Of a stretch of DNA of 64,000 nt, positions 29,327-39,187 are shown in pieces. The translations under genes and the position numbers were made by a program. The notes beneath the pieces were generated by a model. The model made no database searches. It was not told the DNA's origin and saw only the letters and a list, made by a program, of their open reading frames with translations. Positions within the stretch are counted from its first letter, which is position 1, and every line of letters begins with the position of its first letter. This stretch comes from an uncultured bacterium (GTDB taxonomy: Bacteria; Fidelibacterota; Marinisomatia; Marinisomatales; UBA1611), in contig CAZLPW010000001.1 of the NCBI GenBank assembly GCA_964561495.1, positions 10,773 through 74,772 on the forward strand. The letters are read 5' to 3'.

Positions 29327-30409
29327 ATGGATTATAGTATATATACTAAGCGACAGAATAATTTAAAATCAGTTTTAGAAGAGAATAACTTGGATGGGAT
29401 TTTTATTACGAACCTTACAAACATAAGATATATTTGTGGCTTTACTGGGTCTGCTGCTTCGTGTTTAGTTACTCCTGAAGGTCAATATTTTTTAAGCGAT
29501 GGGCGTTATATAGAACAATCAAAAGAGCAGGTAAAGGGGTTTAAATGTTTTCTCGATATGAGTAGTCATTTAGAACAGATTAAAAATGAAAAGCTAAAAA
29601 AACCAGGATTGAAAATTGCTTTTGAGGGTCAGCATGTTAGTTATTCATTATATAGACAAATGAAAAATCTTTTTCCTAAAACAAAATGGATAGATACATC
29701 AATGATTTTAGAAGATTTAGCTGCAGTTAAAGATATTCATGAGATTGCTTGTATTAAAACAGCTGTTGAGGTAACAGATAAAGTATATGAAGAAATTTTA
29801 GATATGTTATGTCCTGGATATACCGAAAAGGAGGTAGCAAATAGAATGGTTTCTAAGTATAGAGAATATGCTGAAGGAGAGGCTTATTCTCCAATAGTTG
29901 CAGCTGGACCAAATGGAGCACTCCCCCATGCAATTCCTACAGATAGAGAATTTGAAAAAGGAGATTTTATTGTAATAGACGCAGCTGCTAAATATGGAGG
30001 ATATCATGCTGATATGACAAGAACACCAGTCATAGGGAAAGCCTCAGATAAACATTCTGAAATATATCAAATTGTAAAAGAAGCACAAGAGCGAGGATGC
30101 AGAACAGCTAAGGCAGGAGTCCCTTGTAGAGAAGTGGATGCAGCAACACGTGAATATATTACTCAAATGGGGTATGGCGAATTTTATACTCATGGGACGG
30201 GGCATGGACTTGGACTTGAGATTCATACCTCACCAAGATTTAGTCCTCAAAGCGATCAAATACTTAGTGAGAATAATGTTATGACCATTGAGCCAGGAAT
30301 TTATTTGGCTGGATGGGGAGGTGTCCGCATCGAAGATGACGTAATAATTAAAAAAGATAGTTGTGAAATATTAAATAAAACCACCAAAGATTTAGTTGAA
30401 TTAAACTAA
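29327..30409 (+). CDS. Xaa-Pro aminopeptidase / M24 family metallopeptidase
   Basis: 360 aa with a creatinase-like N-domain and the pita-bread domain metal ligands (DAAAKYGGYHADMTRT, HGTGHGLGLEIHTSP, TIEPGIY, VRIEDD). Confidence 0.88.
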   Translation: MDYSIYTKRQNNLKSVLEENNLDGIFITNLTNIRYICGFTGSAASCLVTPEGQYFLSDGRYIEQSKEQVKGFKCFLDMSSHLEQIKNEKLKKPGLKIAFEGQHVSYSLYRQMKNLFPKTKWIDTSMILEDLAAVKDIHEIACIKTAVEVTDKVYEEILDMLCPGYTEKEVANRMVSKYREYAEGEAYSPIVAAGPNGALPHAIPTDREFEKGDFIVIDAAAKYGGYHADMTRTPVIGKASDKHSEIYQIVKEAQERGCRTAKAGVPCREVDAATREYITQMGYGEFYTHGTGHGLGLEIHTSPRFSPQSDQILSENNVMTIEPGIYLAGWGGVRIEDDVIIKKDSCEILNKTTKDLVELN

Positions 30410-30438
30410 TTATATTTTTTAATCTATAAATTTTTTTA

Positions 30439-31167
30439 ATGGATATTTATTCTGATCCAAACCTTTATGACGCATTGCATAAAGATTATAATGCTGATAA
30501 AGATTTTATTTTTTCAATAGCAAAAAAAATTGGTGGTCCAGTACTTGAATTGGCAGCTGGAACAGGTAGACTCGCAAGAGGAATATTAGATTTAGGTTTT
30601 GAATATACTGGCATTGATATAAACAAAAAGTTTATAAAAGTAGCAAAAAAAACACATACTCAAAATGCTGAATTTTTTTGTGCTGATATGAGAAATTTTA
30701 GGATAAAAAGAAAATATAAATTTATTTTTATAGGGTTTAATTCTTTTTTACATCTTTATTCTAAAAAAGATGCTATTTTGTGTTTACAGTCTGTTAAAAA
30801 ACACATGGATAATAAAGGTGTTTTTTTACTTTCTATTTTTATACCAGATCCCTCATTCCTCTATAGATCAAAAAATAGACTATATCCTGCTTCCAGTATT
30901 TTTGAGTTTAATGGAGATAAGTGCCAGTTTATGGAAAAAAACAAATATAATCCCGTTACACAAGTCAACAGTCTTAAATGGTATTTAAAAAAAAATGATG
31001 AAATTCAAGATAAGGAATATTGTTTTGATTTAAGAATGTATTATCCACACGAAATAGATATTATAATTAATGAAGCTGGATTAATAATTAAGAAGAAATA
31101 TGGGGATTATAACTTCTCATCATTAAATGACGATAGTAGCTTGCAAATTTATTTATGTAAAAAATGA
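30439..31167 (+). CDS. class I SAM-dependent methyltransferase
   Basis: 242 aa with SAM motif I VLELAAGTGRLA and post-I GIDINKKFI. Confidence 0.8.
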   Translation: MDIYSDPNLYDALHKDYNADKDFIFSIAKKIGGPVLELAAGTGRLARGILDLGFEYTGIDINKKFIKVAKKTHTQNAEFFCADMRNFRIKRKYKFIFIGFNSFLHLYSKKDAILCLQSVKKHMDNKGVFLLSIFIPDPSFLYRSKNRLYPASSIFEFNGDKCQFMEKNKYNPVTQVNSLKWYLKKNDEIQDKEYCFDLRMYYPHEIDIIINEAGLIIKKKYGDYNFSSLNDDSSLQIYLCKK

Positions 31168-31171
31168 TAAA

Positions 31172-31789
31172 ATGGTTTCTGTAGGTAAAGCGACGAACTA
31201 TCTGGTAAAATCTGACCCCGAATTAGAGGTTTTATTTAACAGTATTGATATTGCGAAACTCACCCCAGAAGTGAATTATTTTAAATCATTATGTAGGTCT
31301 GTGGTATATCAACAATTAAGTGGGAAAGCAGCTGGGAAAATATTTTTTAGATTTAAAAACTTATATAAAGAAAAATTATTTCCTGAACCAGTTGATATCT
31401 TAAATACGGATCAAAAAAAATTAAAATCAGTGGGTCTTTCCCAATCCAAGATAAACTATATAAAAAATATTTCTCAGGATTTTATTAAAAATAAGAGTAA
31501 CTATGCAAAATTAGATAATTTTAGTGATAATGAAATAATGGAACAATTAACAAAAATAAAAGGAGTCGGCCCTTGGACTGTCCAGATGTTTCTTATTTTT
31601 ACTTTAAACAGATTAGATGTTTTCCCTACGGGAGACCTTGGCGTTAGAAAAGGATATCAAATTTATTTTAATCTTAATAACTTGCCAACTCACGAAGAAA
31701 TGAATATTAGGTCTCAAAAATGGAAACCCTATAGAACCTATATGAGTCTTTATTTTTGGAAAATATTAGAGGGGCCATTTGAATGGTAG
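31172..31789 (+). CDS. DNA-3-methyladenine glycosylase II-like (HhH-GPD superfamily, AlkA type)
   Basis: I start the track ORF 31127 at the in-frame ATG at 31172 (MVSVGKATNYL). HhH motif LTKIKGVGPWTVQMFLIF and catalytic Asp region FPTGDLGVRKG. Confidence 0.8.
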   Translation: MVSVGKATNYLVKSDPELEVLFNSIDIAKLTPEVNYFKSLCRSVVYQQLSGKAAGKIFFRFKNLYKEKLFPEPVDILNTDQKKLKSVGLSQSKINYIKNISQDFIKNKSNYAKLDNFSDNEIMEQLTKIKGVGPWTVQMFLIFTLNRLDVFPTGDLGVRKGYQIYFNLNNLPTHEEMNIRSQKWKPYRTYMSLYFWKILEGPFEW

Positions 31790-32413
31790 ATGAATAAAAA
31801 TAAAATAGATACTATATTTTTTGATATTGGGGGTGTGTTAATAGATATCCATCCAGAAAAAACATATAAATATATTAGTGATTGTACTGGATTGAATGAA
31901 AAAGAAATAGAGCTTTCTTTTCCCAATGATTCGCATGAAAATTATGAAAAAGAAAAAATTAGCAATAAAGATTGGTATAAGGCTGTTCGGGATTCATTGC
32001 CTGATAAATCGAATCTAAAGGAAAAAGATTTTTGGTTTGCTTGGAGTTTGTTGCTCGGCCAGCAGACTGATGTTATTAAGATTCTTAGATTACTGAAAAA
32101 ACATTATTCAGTTTGGCTATTGTCTAATACAAACCCAAGGCATATAAAAGATGAAATAAAAATAAAATATGATTTTCCATATGAAATAGATGGGGCAATT
32201 TATTCCTTTGATGTTGGAAAAATAAAACCTGATCCAGATATTTTTTATGTTGCAGTTAGTTCTGCCAACACCAAATTTGAAAATTGTATTTTTATTGATG
32301 ATTTAAAATCGAATGTAGAATCTGCAAAAAAAATTGGGATTTTATCTTTTCAATATGTTTCCACAGATCAGTTAATTGAAGATCTTATTTATAATGGAAT
32401 AAAGGGTTTATGA
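31790..32413 (+). CDS. HAD-superfamily hydrolase (subfamily IA, YihX-like)
   Basis: 207 aa with motif I FFDIGGVL, LLSNTN and FIDDLKSNVESAKKIG. Confidence 0.8.
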   Translation: MNKNKIDTIFFDIGGVLIDIHPEKTYKYISDCTGLNEKEIELSFPNDSHENYEKEKISNKDWYKAVRDSLPDKSNLKEKDFWFAWSLLLGQQTDVIKILRLLKKHYSVWLLSNTNPRHIKDEIKIKYDFPYEIDGAIYSFDVGKIKPDPDIFYVAVSSANTKFENCIFIDDLKSNVESAKKIGILSFQYVSTDQLIEDLIYNGIKGL

Positions 32414-35340
32414 TCAAGTTTTTTATATATAGTTTTATTTTTTTTTCTTTATTAAATGCCACAGGGACATGGATGATAAATGGGAGAACTCACTCAGAGC
32501 TAAAATGGAAAACGATAAAAACAAAAAACTTTGATGTTCATTACCATCAGGGGATTTATGATATAGCAATTCAAGGGGCTTCAATTGCTGAACAAATTAG
32601 ACCTACTTTAATGAAGCAAATGGGTTTAAAAACATTAAAAAAATTGGATATTGTTTTTACTTCTGAAGATGAAATCTTAAATGGATTTGCTATGCCAAAT
32701 AATAATACTATTATATGGATAGATCAAAATGATGCTGCTTTATGGGCTGGAGATGAAAAATGGCTTAGGAGCGTTGTCGCTCATGAACTACAGCATCTTG
32801 TATATTTTAATACAATAAAAACCTGGCTACCTGAACCAATGAACACCCTATATTCAAATAGTCCAGGGTGGGTTGTAGAGGGTTTGGCAGAGTATTATAC
32901 AGAAAAATGGCGTTCGTTTCGTTTTGATATATCCCATAAAAAACATATTATAATAAACAAATTAGATAAAATCAAAGATCCTCATAATGATGGTTTTTCA
33001 AAAAGTCTTTATTTAGCGGATAGATTCGGCGATTCGACTATTACCAAAATATTTAATCATAGGAATAAAATAAAATTATTCAATTTCTCTTCGGCCTTTA
33101 ATAAGTATACTGGATTAACATTAAAACAATTTAATGAACAATGGAGACGCCATATAACTACATATTATTATGGTATAAGATCCCAAAAAGAAAGAGCCCA
33201 AGATATTGGGCATTTCCATCAGCTCCCAATGTATAATGTTTTAGCATTTGATTATTTTCCAGATTCAATGAGTTTAGCACTTATTGGTCGCTTAAATCAA
33301 AACCAGAGGGATTATTCTTTAGTTATTGCTACTAGAGATACTATGGCTGAAAAAAAAGATCGAGAGAATCAAAAAAAAGGTAAACAATTCATTAACCAAA
33401 GATGGAAAATCAATGAATTAGATTATGGTGTTTTCGGTCAAATATCTGTAAGTCTAGATGTATCCTTTGATGGAGAATCTATTTTATATACCAAATATAA
33501 TAGAAATAAAAATCAGTCTATTATTTTTGATATTTGGAAAATAGATATTAAATCTAAAAAGAAAGAAAGGCTTACAACAGATATGAGAGCAAACCATCCA
33601 AGTTTTTCGCCTGATGATAAAGATATTGTTTTTATAGCACACAAAAATTCGACAACTCAAATATATGTAATGGATTTAGATAATGGAAATATTAAAACTA
33701 TCTCCAAAAATCAAGGCGACACACAAGTTTTAAATCCAAAATGGAGTTATGATAAAAATTTCATAGCATACTCCCAATCAGATCCTGATGGATATTTGGA
33801 TATTCATATTCTTGATCTAAGATCTGGAAATATAGAGCAAATTACGAAAACACCTGAAGCTGATTATTATCCTATTTGGCATCCCAATAATCAGGCTCTG
33901 AGTTTCACTGGTTTTTACAATAATACTCCAAACCTATATACATATAGTACATATACTAAGAAAATAACACAAAATACAGATGTTGGTGATATTATTATTG
34001 GTCACAAATGGAATAAGAATAAATCTACTATAACTGCTTTCACATTAGATGTTGATGGTTTATCTACGGTAGTAGATATTAAACCGAGTCGCAGAGCTGA
34101 AATTAAAGAAATTAAAATGAATCCAGCATATTCATCATGGATTAGAAAATCACCTGATTATTCTATTAAAAAGATTGATGCAAATAAACCTATAAACTAC
34201 ATAATGAAATCAGACTATAAATTTTATAAACATTTAACCCATGTGGGGACCTTATTATTACCTGATACTGAAAGTTTAATCTATGAAGGAGCTTATTCTG
34301 ATGTTTTAGGTCGGCATCTTTTAAATTTTGTCTATTTAACTGATTATGATTCTTCAAACGCTATTTTATTTCAATATCAAAATAGTACAGGCCTACCATT
34401 TAGGGGTTTTTGGGGATTTAATTATTTTAGAGATATTAATTTTCAATTTCAAATCTATAATAAAGACAAATCTCCTTTGGTTGAAGTTTTTAATGGAGCT
34501 TCTTTTTGGTTTGAGTTGCCATATAATTTTGGTCGGTTAATTTCATCTAACCATTTTTTTAGTACTGCTGTACAATTTTGGGATAGAAAAGTTTTCTTAT
34601 CAAATGGTTATAAGAAAGATATTTTTGAAAATCCACTTGGAGGTAAAGAAGGAACCCTTTTCTTAGGTTATAGGTTTGTAAGAAAACGGCCAAATAAGAT
34701 TAATGCATATGCACCATACCAAGGGAGTGGAATCAAGATTTCGGCTAAATTCATTGATGAGTCTATTTGGGGAGAGCGCAACTATTCTAAGTTTGAAACG
34801 GATTCATATTTTAATAAAAAAATTGATTTTTTAGCTTTTTATTTTCGGTTTAGGTATGAAAAAGTTAGTGGGTCTTATCCTCCACAAGAGCAGCTTGGAC
34901 TAGTGGATATCCCGAACTATTATTTTGCTGGGCAATATGTACCAGGAAGAGAATATATGAGTCTACGCGGTTTAAGTAATATGCGCCTAGGGAACAATGC
35001 CTTTATGGGTACAACAGAAATACGATTTCCTATTTTACCCTTAAATATTTTGGAATTATTTAGGACACTAAAATTAGGTCAGCCTACATTTGCAATTATT
35101 TCTGATTTTGGTAATGCTTGGAATAATAATAAACAATTTGACCCATTGATAATCACTGCAGGCATAGAAGCGCGCTTTTCAATTTTATTTAGGGATGTTC
35201 CTATTTTAACCTTTAGCTATGGTTTGGCTCAAAGACCAAAAGAATGGACAATTAGTTTTAAAGGGTTTATTGAATCAAATGAACAAAAGATCAATTTTCC
35301 AGAACCATATTTTCGTCTAGTACTAATTAATCCGTTCTAA
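32410..35340 (+). CDS. outer-membrane fusion protein: HExxH peptidase-like domain + TolB-like (PD40) beta-propeller + Omp85/BamA-family beta-barrel
   Basis: 976 aa with a signal peptide and HExxH (VVAHELQHLVYF). PD40-type repeats (HPSFSPDDKDIVFIAH.., NPKWSYDKNFIAYS.., YPIWHPNNQALSF). C-terminal Omp85 hallmark (SLRGLSNMRLGNNAFMGTTEIRFPI...FAIISDFGNAWNN) ending in ..LINPF. Confidence 0.65.
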   Translation: MIKFFIYSFIFFSLLNATGTWMINGRTHSELKWKTIKTKNFDVHYHQGIYDIAIQGASIAEQIRPTLMKQMGLKTLKKLDIVFTSEDEILNGFAMPNNNTIIWIDQNDAALWAGDEKWLRSVVAHELQHLVYFNTIKTWLPEPMNTLYSNSPGWVVEGLAEYYTEKWRSFRFDISHKKHIIINKLDKIKDPHNDGFSKSLYLADRFGDSTITKIFNHRNKIKLFNFSSAFNKYTGLTLKQFNEQWRRHITTYYYGIRSQKERAQDIGHFHQLPMYNVLAFDYFPDSMSLALIGRLNQNQRDYSLVIATRDTMAEKKDRENQKKGKQFINQRWKINELDYGVFGQISVSLDVSFDGESILYTKYNRNKNQSIIFDIWKIDIKSKKKERLTTDMRANHPSFSPDDKDIVFIAHKNSTTQIYVMDLDNGNIKTISKNQGDTQVLNPKWSYDKNFIAYSQSDPDGYLDIHILDLRSGNIEQITKTPEADYYPIWHPNNQALSFTGFYNNTPNLYTYSTYTKKITQNTDVGDIIIGHKWNKNKSTITAFTLDVDGLSTVVDIKPSRRAEIKEIKMNPAYSSWIRKSPDYSIKKIDANKPINYIMKSDYKFYKHLTHVGTLLLPDTESLIYEGAYSDVLGRHLLNFVYLTDYDSSNAILFQYQNSTGLPFRGFWGFNYFRDINFQFQIYNKDKSPLVEVFNGASFWFELPYNFGRLISSNHFFSTAVQFWDRKVFLSNGYKKDIFENPLGGKEGTLFLGYRFVRKRPNKINAYAPYQGSGIKISAKFIDESIWGERNYSKFETDSYFNKKIDFLAFYFRFRYEKVSGSYPPQEQLGLVDIPNYYFAGQYVPGREYMSLRGLSNMRLGNNAFMGTTEIRFPILPLNILELFRTLKLGQPTFAIISDFGNAWNNNKQFDPLIITAGIEARFSILFRDVPILTFSYGLAQRPKEWTISFKGFIESNEQKINFPEPYFRLVLINPF

Positions 35341-36686
35341 TATTTAATTTTTCTTAAAGATATTTTAAAATAAACTTGGTTATTTACTGGGAAAGAGGGC
35401 TCTTCATTATCCCAAAATCCAGATTGTCTATACGGCTCTCCATTTTCATCTTTTGCATGATACGTCCATTTTGACTGGACTTTATTCAAAACATATTCTG
35501 TAGAAAAAACGACATCCCAAAATTGGCCTATCTGAACAGAAAAATTAAAATTTAAACTTGGAGAAATAAGATAAGATGTAACATTGTTTTGGTTATCATC
35601 TCGTCTTATAAAAAAATTAATTGGAATATTTAATCCAAAAGAAGGTGTTACACCAAAAAAATATGCAAGATTAAAATTCAAACTGCTTCCAGTTCCGAAG
35701 TAAACATTATTTATTTGCCTTGAATCTTCAATGGTCCCTAATTGAGAATTGAGACTAATCGATAGTTTATTAAATGGTAAAAACCAGTATCGATATCCAA
35801 GTTCATACCAAGGCATTTTGGAATAAGAGAAATCAGTTTGAGTTAACCGAGGTAATCGCATCATTTCATATGCTTTTAATCCAGGCACAACTTTTCTCCA
35901 TTTTCTAATTATTTTTGCTTTACTAGCATTTGGCCCAACATTCGAAACTCGAGCAAGAGCACGTGTCTTTCCAGGAATTTTCACAAGTCTATTTTTATAT
36001 TTTTTTTCTTTATCTATAGAAGCTATCTCAAATAAGGTGCCTTTTTTTACTCCTAGATCTTTTCCTGTAAGTAGATCAACTTCATAGCCAGTGATGTTAA
36101 TAACTTCGCTGGTCAAAGAATAAAAACTACTAAGTTTTTTCCCTATTTGAAGAGAGGCATAAAAAAGAGCTCTGTTCAAAGAGTGGTTTCGATTTCCTCC
36201 AGTAAATTGGCTACCAAAGTGGAAAGTGTTTTTTGAAATACCAGAAGCAATATTTATCATCCGGATTTCACCATTAATAATTGTGTTTATATTATTTTCT
36301 AGTTCTAGGTTTTGTTCTCGTTTTCTTGATTCTTCTGTAATTGCTTTTACAGAAGCGCTAACCATGGTTTTTACAACCCAGGTTGAGAGTGTTTCTTCTT
36401 TATCTTCATCTTTTTTTTCTTCTTTTTTCCTTTTAGGTACCCCTTTTTGGGCATATTCAAAGATATTTACTATAAAAGCTTCTTTGGCTGAAGCGAGTTC
36501 TCCAATTTGAACAATCTGATCTTCATCAAATATCCCAGAGTTTTGTAATCGCTGCTCTTCAAGAATAGAATCAATTAATCTTCTGTCAATTACTTCAAAA
36601 CGTCCAAGATCTGTCGCTTTTTGGGAAAGGATAGAGGTAATTTTATTTCCAATAGATTCAGGATTGTTTGCATCTTTTGATGGCAA
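35337..36686 (-). CDS. outer-membrane protein: CsgG/LpoB-like N-terminal domain + C-terminal beta-barrel; the true start is probably upstream (to 36779)
   Basis: 449 aa from the in-frame TTG. The N-terminal pattern TDLGRFEVIDRRLIDSILEEQRLQNSG is CsgG-like, and the C-terminal half has amphipathic beta-strands. An upstream in-frame extension encodes the signal peptide KKISAALFVVLFSFSHTQ. Confidence 0.55.
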   Translation of the reverse strand: MPSKDANNPESIGNKITSILSQKATDLGRFEVIDRRLIDSILEEQRLQNSGIFDEDQIVQIGELASAKEAFIVNIFEYAQKGVPKRKKEEKKDEDKEETLSTWVVKTMVSASVKAITEESRKREQNLELENNINTIINGEIRMINIASGISKNTFHFGSQFTGGNRNHSLNRALFYASLQIGKKLSSFYSLTSEVINITGYEVDLLTGKDLGVKKGTLFEIASIDKEKKYKNRLVKIPGKTRALARVSNVGPNASKAKIIRKWRKVVPGLKAYEMMRLPRLTQTDFSYSKMPWYELGYRYWFLPFNKLSISLNSQLGTIEDSRQINNVYFGTGSSLNFNLAYFFGVTPSFGLNIPINFFIRRDDNQNNVTSYLISPSLNFNFSVQIGQFWDVVFSTEYVLNKVQSKWTYHAKDENGEPYRQSGFWDNEEPSFPVNNQVYFKISLRKIKY

Positions 36687-36785
36687 AATAATAATTGGTT
36701 TTTTTTCTAGTGTTAGGTTTTCATCAAGATCTTGAGTATGAGAAAAGGAAAATAATACTACAAATAATGCAGCGCTAATTTTTTT

Positions 36786-37502
36786 TTACAACAACCATTT
36801 CAATGGGCTTTTAAATGCTAGAGTTAAATAACTAATTAATCTATCATTTTTAGTATACAAGTTGTTTGTTGAAACCTCTTGGTATATTCCACTAATTATA
36901 CTTATCCTTTTATAAAAGTTCCAATTAAGCTCAAACATTAATTGATATCTTGATAAATTTGTATTATCTATTTCATCACTTATCTGAAAAAAATTTTCAA
37001 TTTCTAATTTTGTACTTATGTTTTTAAAACTTTGATCGTATGTAAGAGCAGATTTTGTATATGAGGTTTTTAATGTGTTTTTAAGATAATCAGACACATC
37101 GTATGCTATACCAATTTCAAGTGTTATATTTTTATTTTTGCTTTTTAGTAGATATCCAAACCCTTGGTTGTAGTGGTATCGCAGATTAATATCTATAAGT
37201 GAGTTTTTTTGATATGCGACTGTATTGAAGTGATAAAACCAAGGTAAATTGAATGAAATTTTACTTGATTTATGTCTTAGCCGGATATCCTGATTTGATC
37301 CAAAAATATTTGTATAGAAACGTATATCTCTAAAATTGTAATTGGTTGTTCTTTTTAGCCTTAGATAGTTTGCTAAGCCAGAATTGTTTTTTGTATTAAC
37401 GGCGCCAGCTCTTGAATAAAAAGCCCAATTTAGAGTATCATTTTTTGGATTATGAGCGAATATTAACCCAAAAAGGAAAAAAAATATTTTTAAGAACTTC
37501 AT
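36786..37502 (-). CDS. predicted outer-membrane beta-barrel protein (DUF481-like suspicion only)
   Basis: 238 aa with signal peptide MKFLKIFFFLFGLIFA and alternating aromatic/polar strands throughout. It overlaps the ABC-2 permease stop by 4 nt. Confidence 0.5.
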   Translation of the reverse strand: MKFLKIFFFLFGLIFAHNPKNDTLNWAFYSRAGAVNTKNNSGLANYLRLKRTTNYNFRDIRFYTNIFGSNQDIRLRHKSSKISFNLPWFYHFNTVAYQKNSLIDINLRYHYNQGFGYLLKSKNKNITLEIGIAYDVSDYLKNTLKTSYTKSALTYDQSFKNISTKLEIENFFQISDEIDNTNLSRYQLMFELNWNFYKRISIISGIYQEVSTNNLYTKNDRLISYLTLAFKSPLKWLL

Positions 37503-38263
37503 TGTTTAATTTTTTTTCCACTCTGCATTAGGAAAATTGCTGACAAAGAAAATGTAATCGTTAAAATAAATGCCATAATAAAGCTAATTGATATATTTGA
37601 ACTGTTTACGCCTAAAATAGTATGCCTTATCCCATTGATCATATAATAGATTGGATTAAAATAACTAAGTTTTTGAGCCCAACTAGGGAGCATAGTTATA
37701 GAATAAAAAATGCCGCCTAAAAAACTAAGAGGAGTTAAAATGAAATTTTGCATTGTTGCTAACTGGTCCCAGCTCTCAGATAGTTGACCCAAAACTAGTC
37801 CCATACTTGAGAATGCCCATGAAACGAGAAAAATATAAAATATTGTTTTAACTGGATCAATAACTGGTAGGTCAATCATTATTATACCAATCAAAAGGAC
37901 TAAAACACCATTAACAAGTCCTCTAATAGTTCCTCCAATAATATATGCCAGAGCAATTTCGAATCCTGAAAGTGGTGCAATAAGCAAATCAGGCAGTTGT
38001 TGTAATAGCTTCATTTGTAGTATTGAAGAAGCGGTGTTTGATGTGGCATTTGTTAAGGTGTTCATAATAATTAATCCAGGTAAAATAAACCATGTGTATG
38101 ATACACCTTGTATTTCAGAAATTCTTTGTTCCAAGGTAAAGCCAAAAATCAAGATATAAAGAATTGATGAAATCAAACCTGGTAAAATTGTTTGTCGATA
38201 TACTGAAAAAAAACGACCTACTTCTCTTGAAGTAAGTGTCCATAGACCAACCCAATTAATCAT
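37499..38263 (-). CDS. ABC-2 type exporter permease (YadH-like)
   Basis: 254 aa, 6 TM, with an N-terminus WTLTSREVGRFFSVYRQTILPGLISSILYILIFG typical of the ABC-2/YadH family. Confidence 0.85.
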   Translation of the reverse strand: MINWVGLWTLTSREVGRFFSVYRQTILPGLISSILYILIFGFTLEQRISEIQGVSYTWFILPGLIIMNTLTNATSNTASSILQMKLLQQLPDLLIAPLSGFEIALAYIIGGTIRGLVNGVLVLLIGIIMIDLPVIDPVKTIFYIFLVSWAFSSMGLVLGQLSESWDQLATMQNFILTPLSFLGGIFYSITMLPSWAQKLSYFNPIYYMINGIRHTILGVNSSNISISFIMAFILTITFSLSAIFLMQSGKKIKQ

Positions 38264-39182
38264 TTAATTTTTTCCCAGTAAGATTCAAAAAGACTTCTTC
38301 AAGAGAAGAAGAGTTTGGCTTGATTGATTTTATTTCAGCACTTTTATCTGTTAGTTTTTGTATGATTTTTGGTAAAGAAACGCCAGGGTCTTTTACTTCA
38401 AAAATTAATTTATTTTCATCGATTATAGCATCTAAATCGTTAATAATAGAAACAAGCTTTTTGGGTATTGATTTTAATTCAATTATTATACCCGACTTTC
38501 CTAATGTTTCAATTAGTTCTTTCGGTGAACCCTCTTTTAACACTACTCCATTATCAATTATAGATACTTTTTCGCATAATAATTCAGCTTCTTCTATATA
38601 GTGAGTGGTTAGTAGTATAGTTTTTCCGCTCTTGTGTAAATCTCTTAAATACTTCCAGAGATCTTTTCTTAGTTCCACATCAACACCTGCTGTTGGTTCA
38701 TCTAATATAATTATATCTGGATTGTGTACTAGAGCTTTTGCTAATTGGAAACGCCTTTTCATTCCCCCAGATAATTGTCTTAATCTAGAGTCCCTTTTTT
38801 CATAAAGGCCTAGTCTTTTTAGTAATTCTTCAATGGTTGGTTTTGCTTCTTTTGGTTTAATCCCGTAGTACCCAGCTTGGAAAAAAAGAAGCCGTTCTAT
38901 AGAAAAAAACCAGTCTACTGAAAGTTCCTGCGCTGCAAGTCCAATCTTTGATCTTGTAAATCTAAAATCTGTTACTGTATCTTTCCCAAAAACTAATGTT
39001 GAACCATTGTCACGAAATACAAGCCCCGTAATTATATTAATAATAGTAGTTTTCCCAGCGCCATTAGGCCCAAGAATACCATAAAAATCACCTTCATTAA
39101 TTGTAATATCAATTTTATTTAGTGCTTTTACAGAACCATAAGATTTTGAGAGAGATTTTATCTCAACAGCAGGGAGTGGCAT
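38256..39182 (-). CDS. ABC transporter ATP-binding protein (YadG-like)
   Basis: 308 aa with Walker A GPNGAGKTT, signature LSGGMKRR and Walker B IIILDEPTAGVD. It overlaps the permease start by 8 nt. Confidence 0.92.
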   Translation of the reverse strand: MPLPAVEIKSLSKSYGSVKALNKIDITINEGDFYGILGPNGAGKTTIINIITGLVFRDNGSTLVFGKDTVTDFRFTRSKIGLAAQELSVDWFFSIERLLFFQAGYYGIKPKEAKPTIEELLKRLGLYEKRDSRLRQLSGGMKRRFQLAKALVHNPDIIILDEPTAGVDVELRKDLWKYLRDLHKSGKTILLTTHYIEEAELLCEKVSIIDNGVVLKEGSPKELIETLGKSGIIIELKSIPKKLVSIINDLDAIIDENKLIFEVKDPGVSLPKIIQKLTDKSAEIKSIKPNSSSLEEVFLNLTGKKLND

Positions 39183-39187
39183 TTTGC

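Noticed and set aside
30770-30988. Alternative-frame ORFs nested inside larger genes (also 34346-34540, 36226-36510, 38320-38805, 39592-40713, 61823-62029, and the many 60-100-aa minus or plus ORFs in the track)
   Set aside because: Each is fully contained in a longer ORF with clear family signatures. The peptides are low complexity, and such frames stay open easily in AT-rich DNA.
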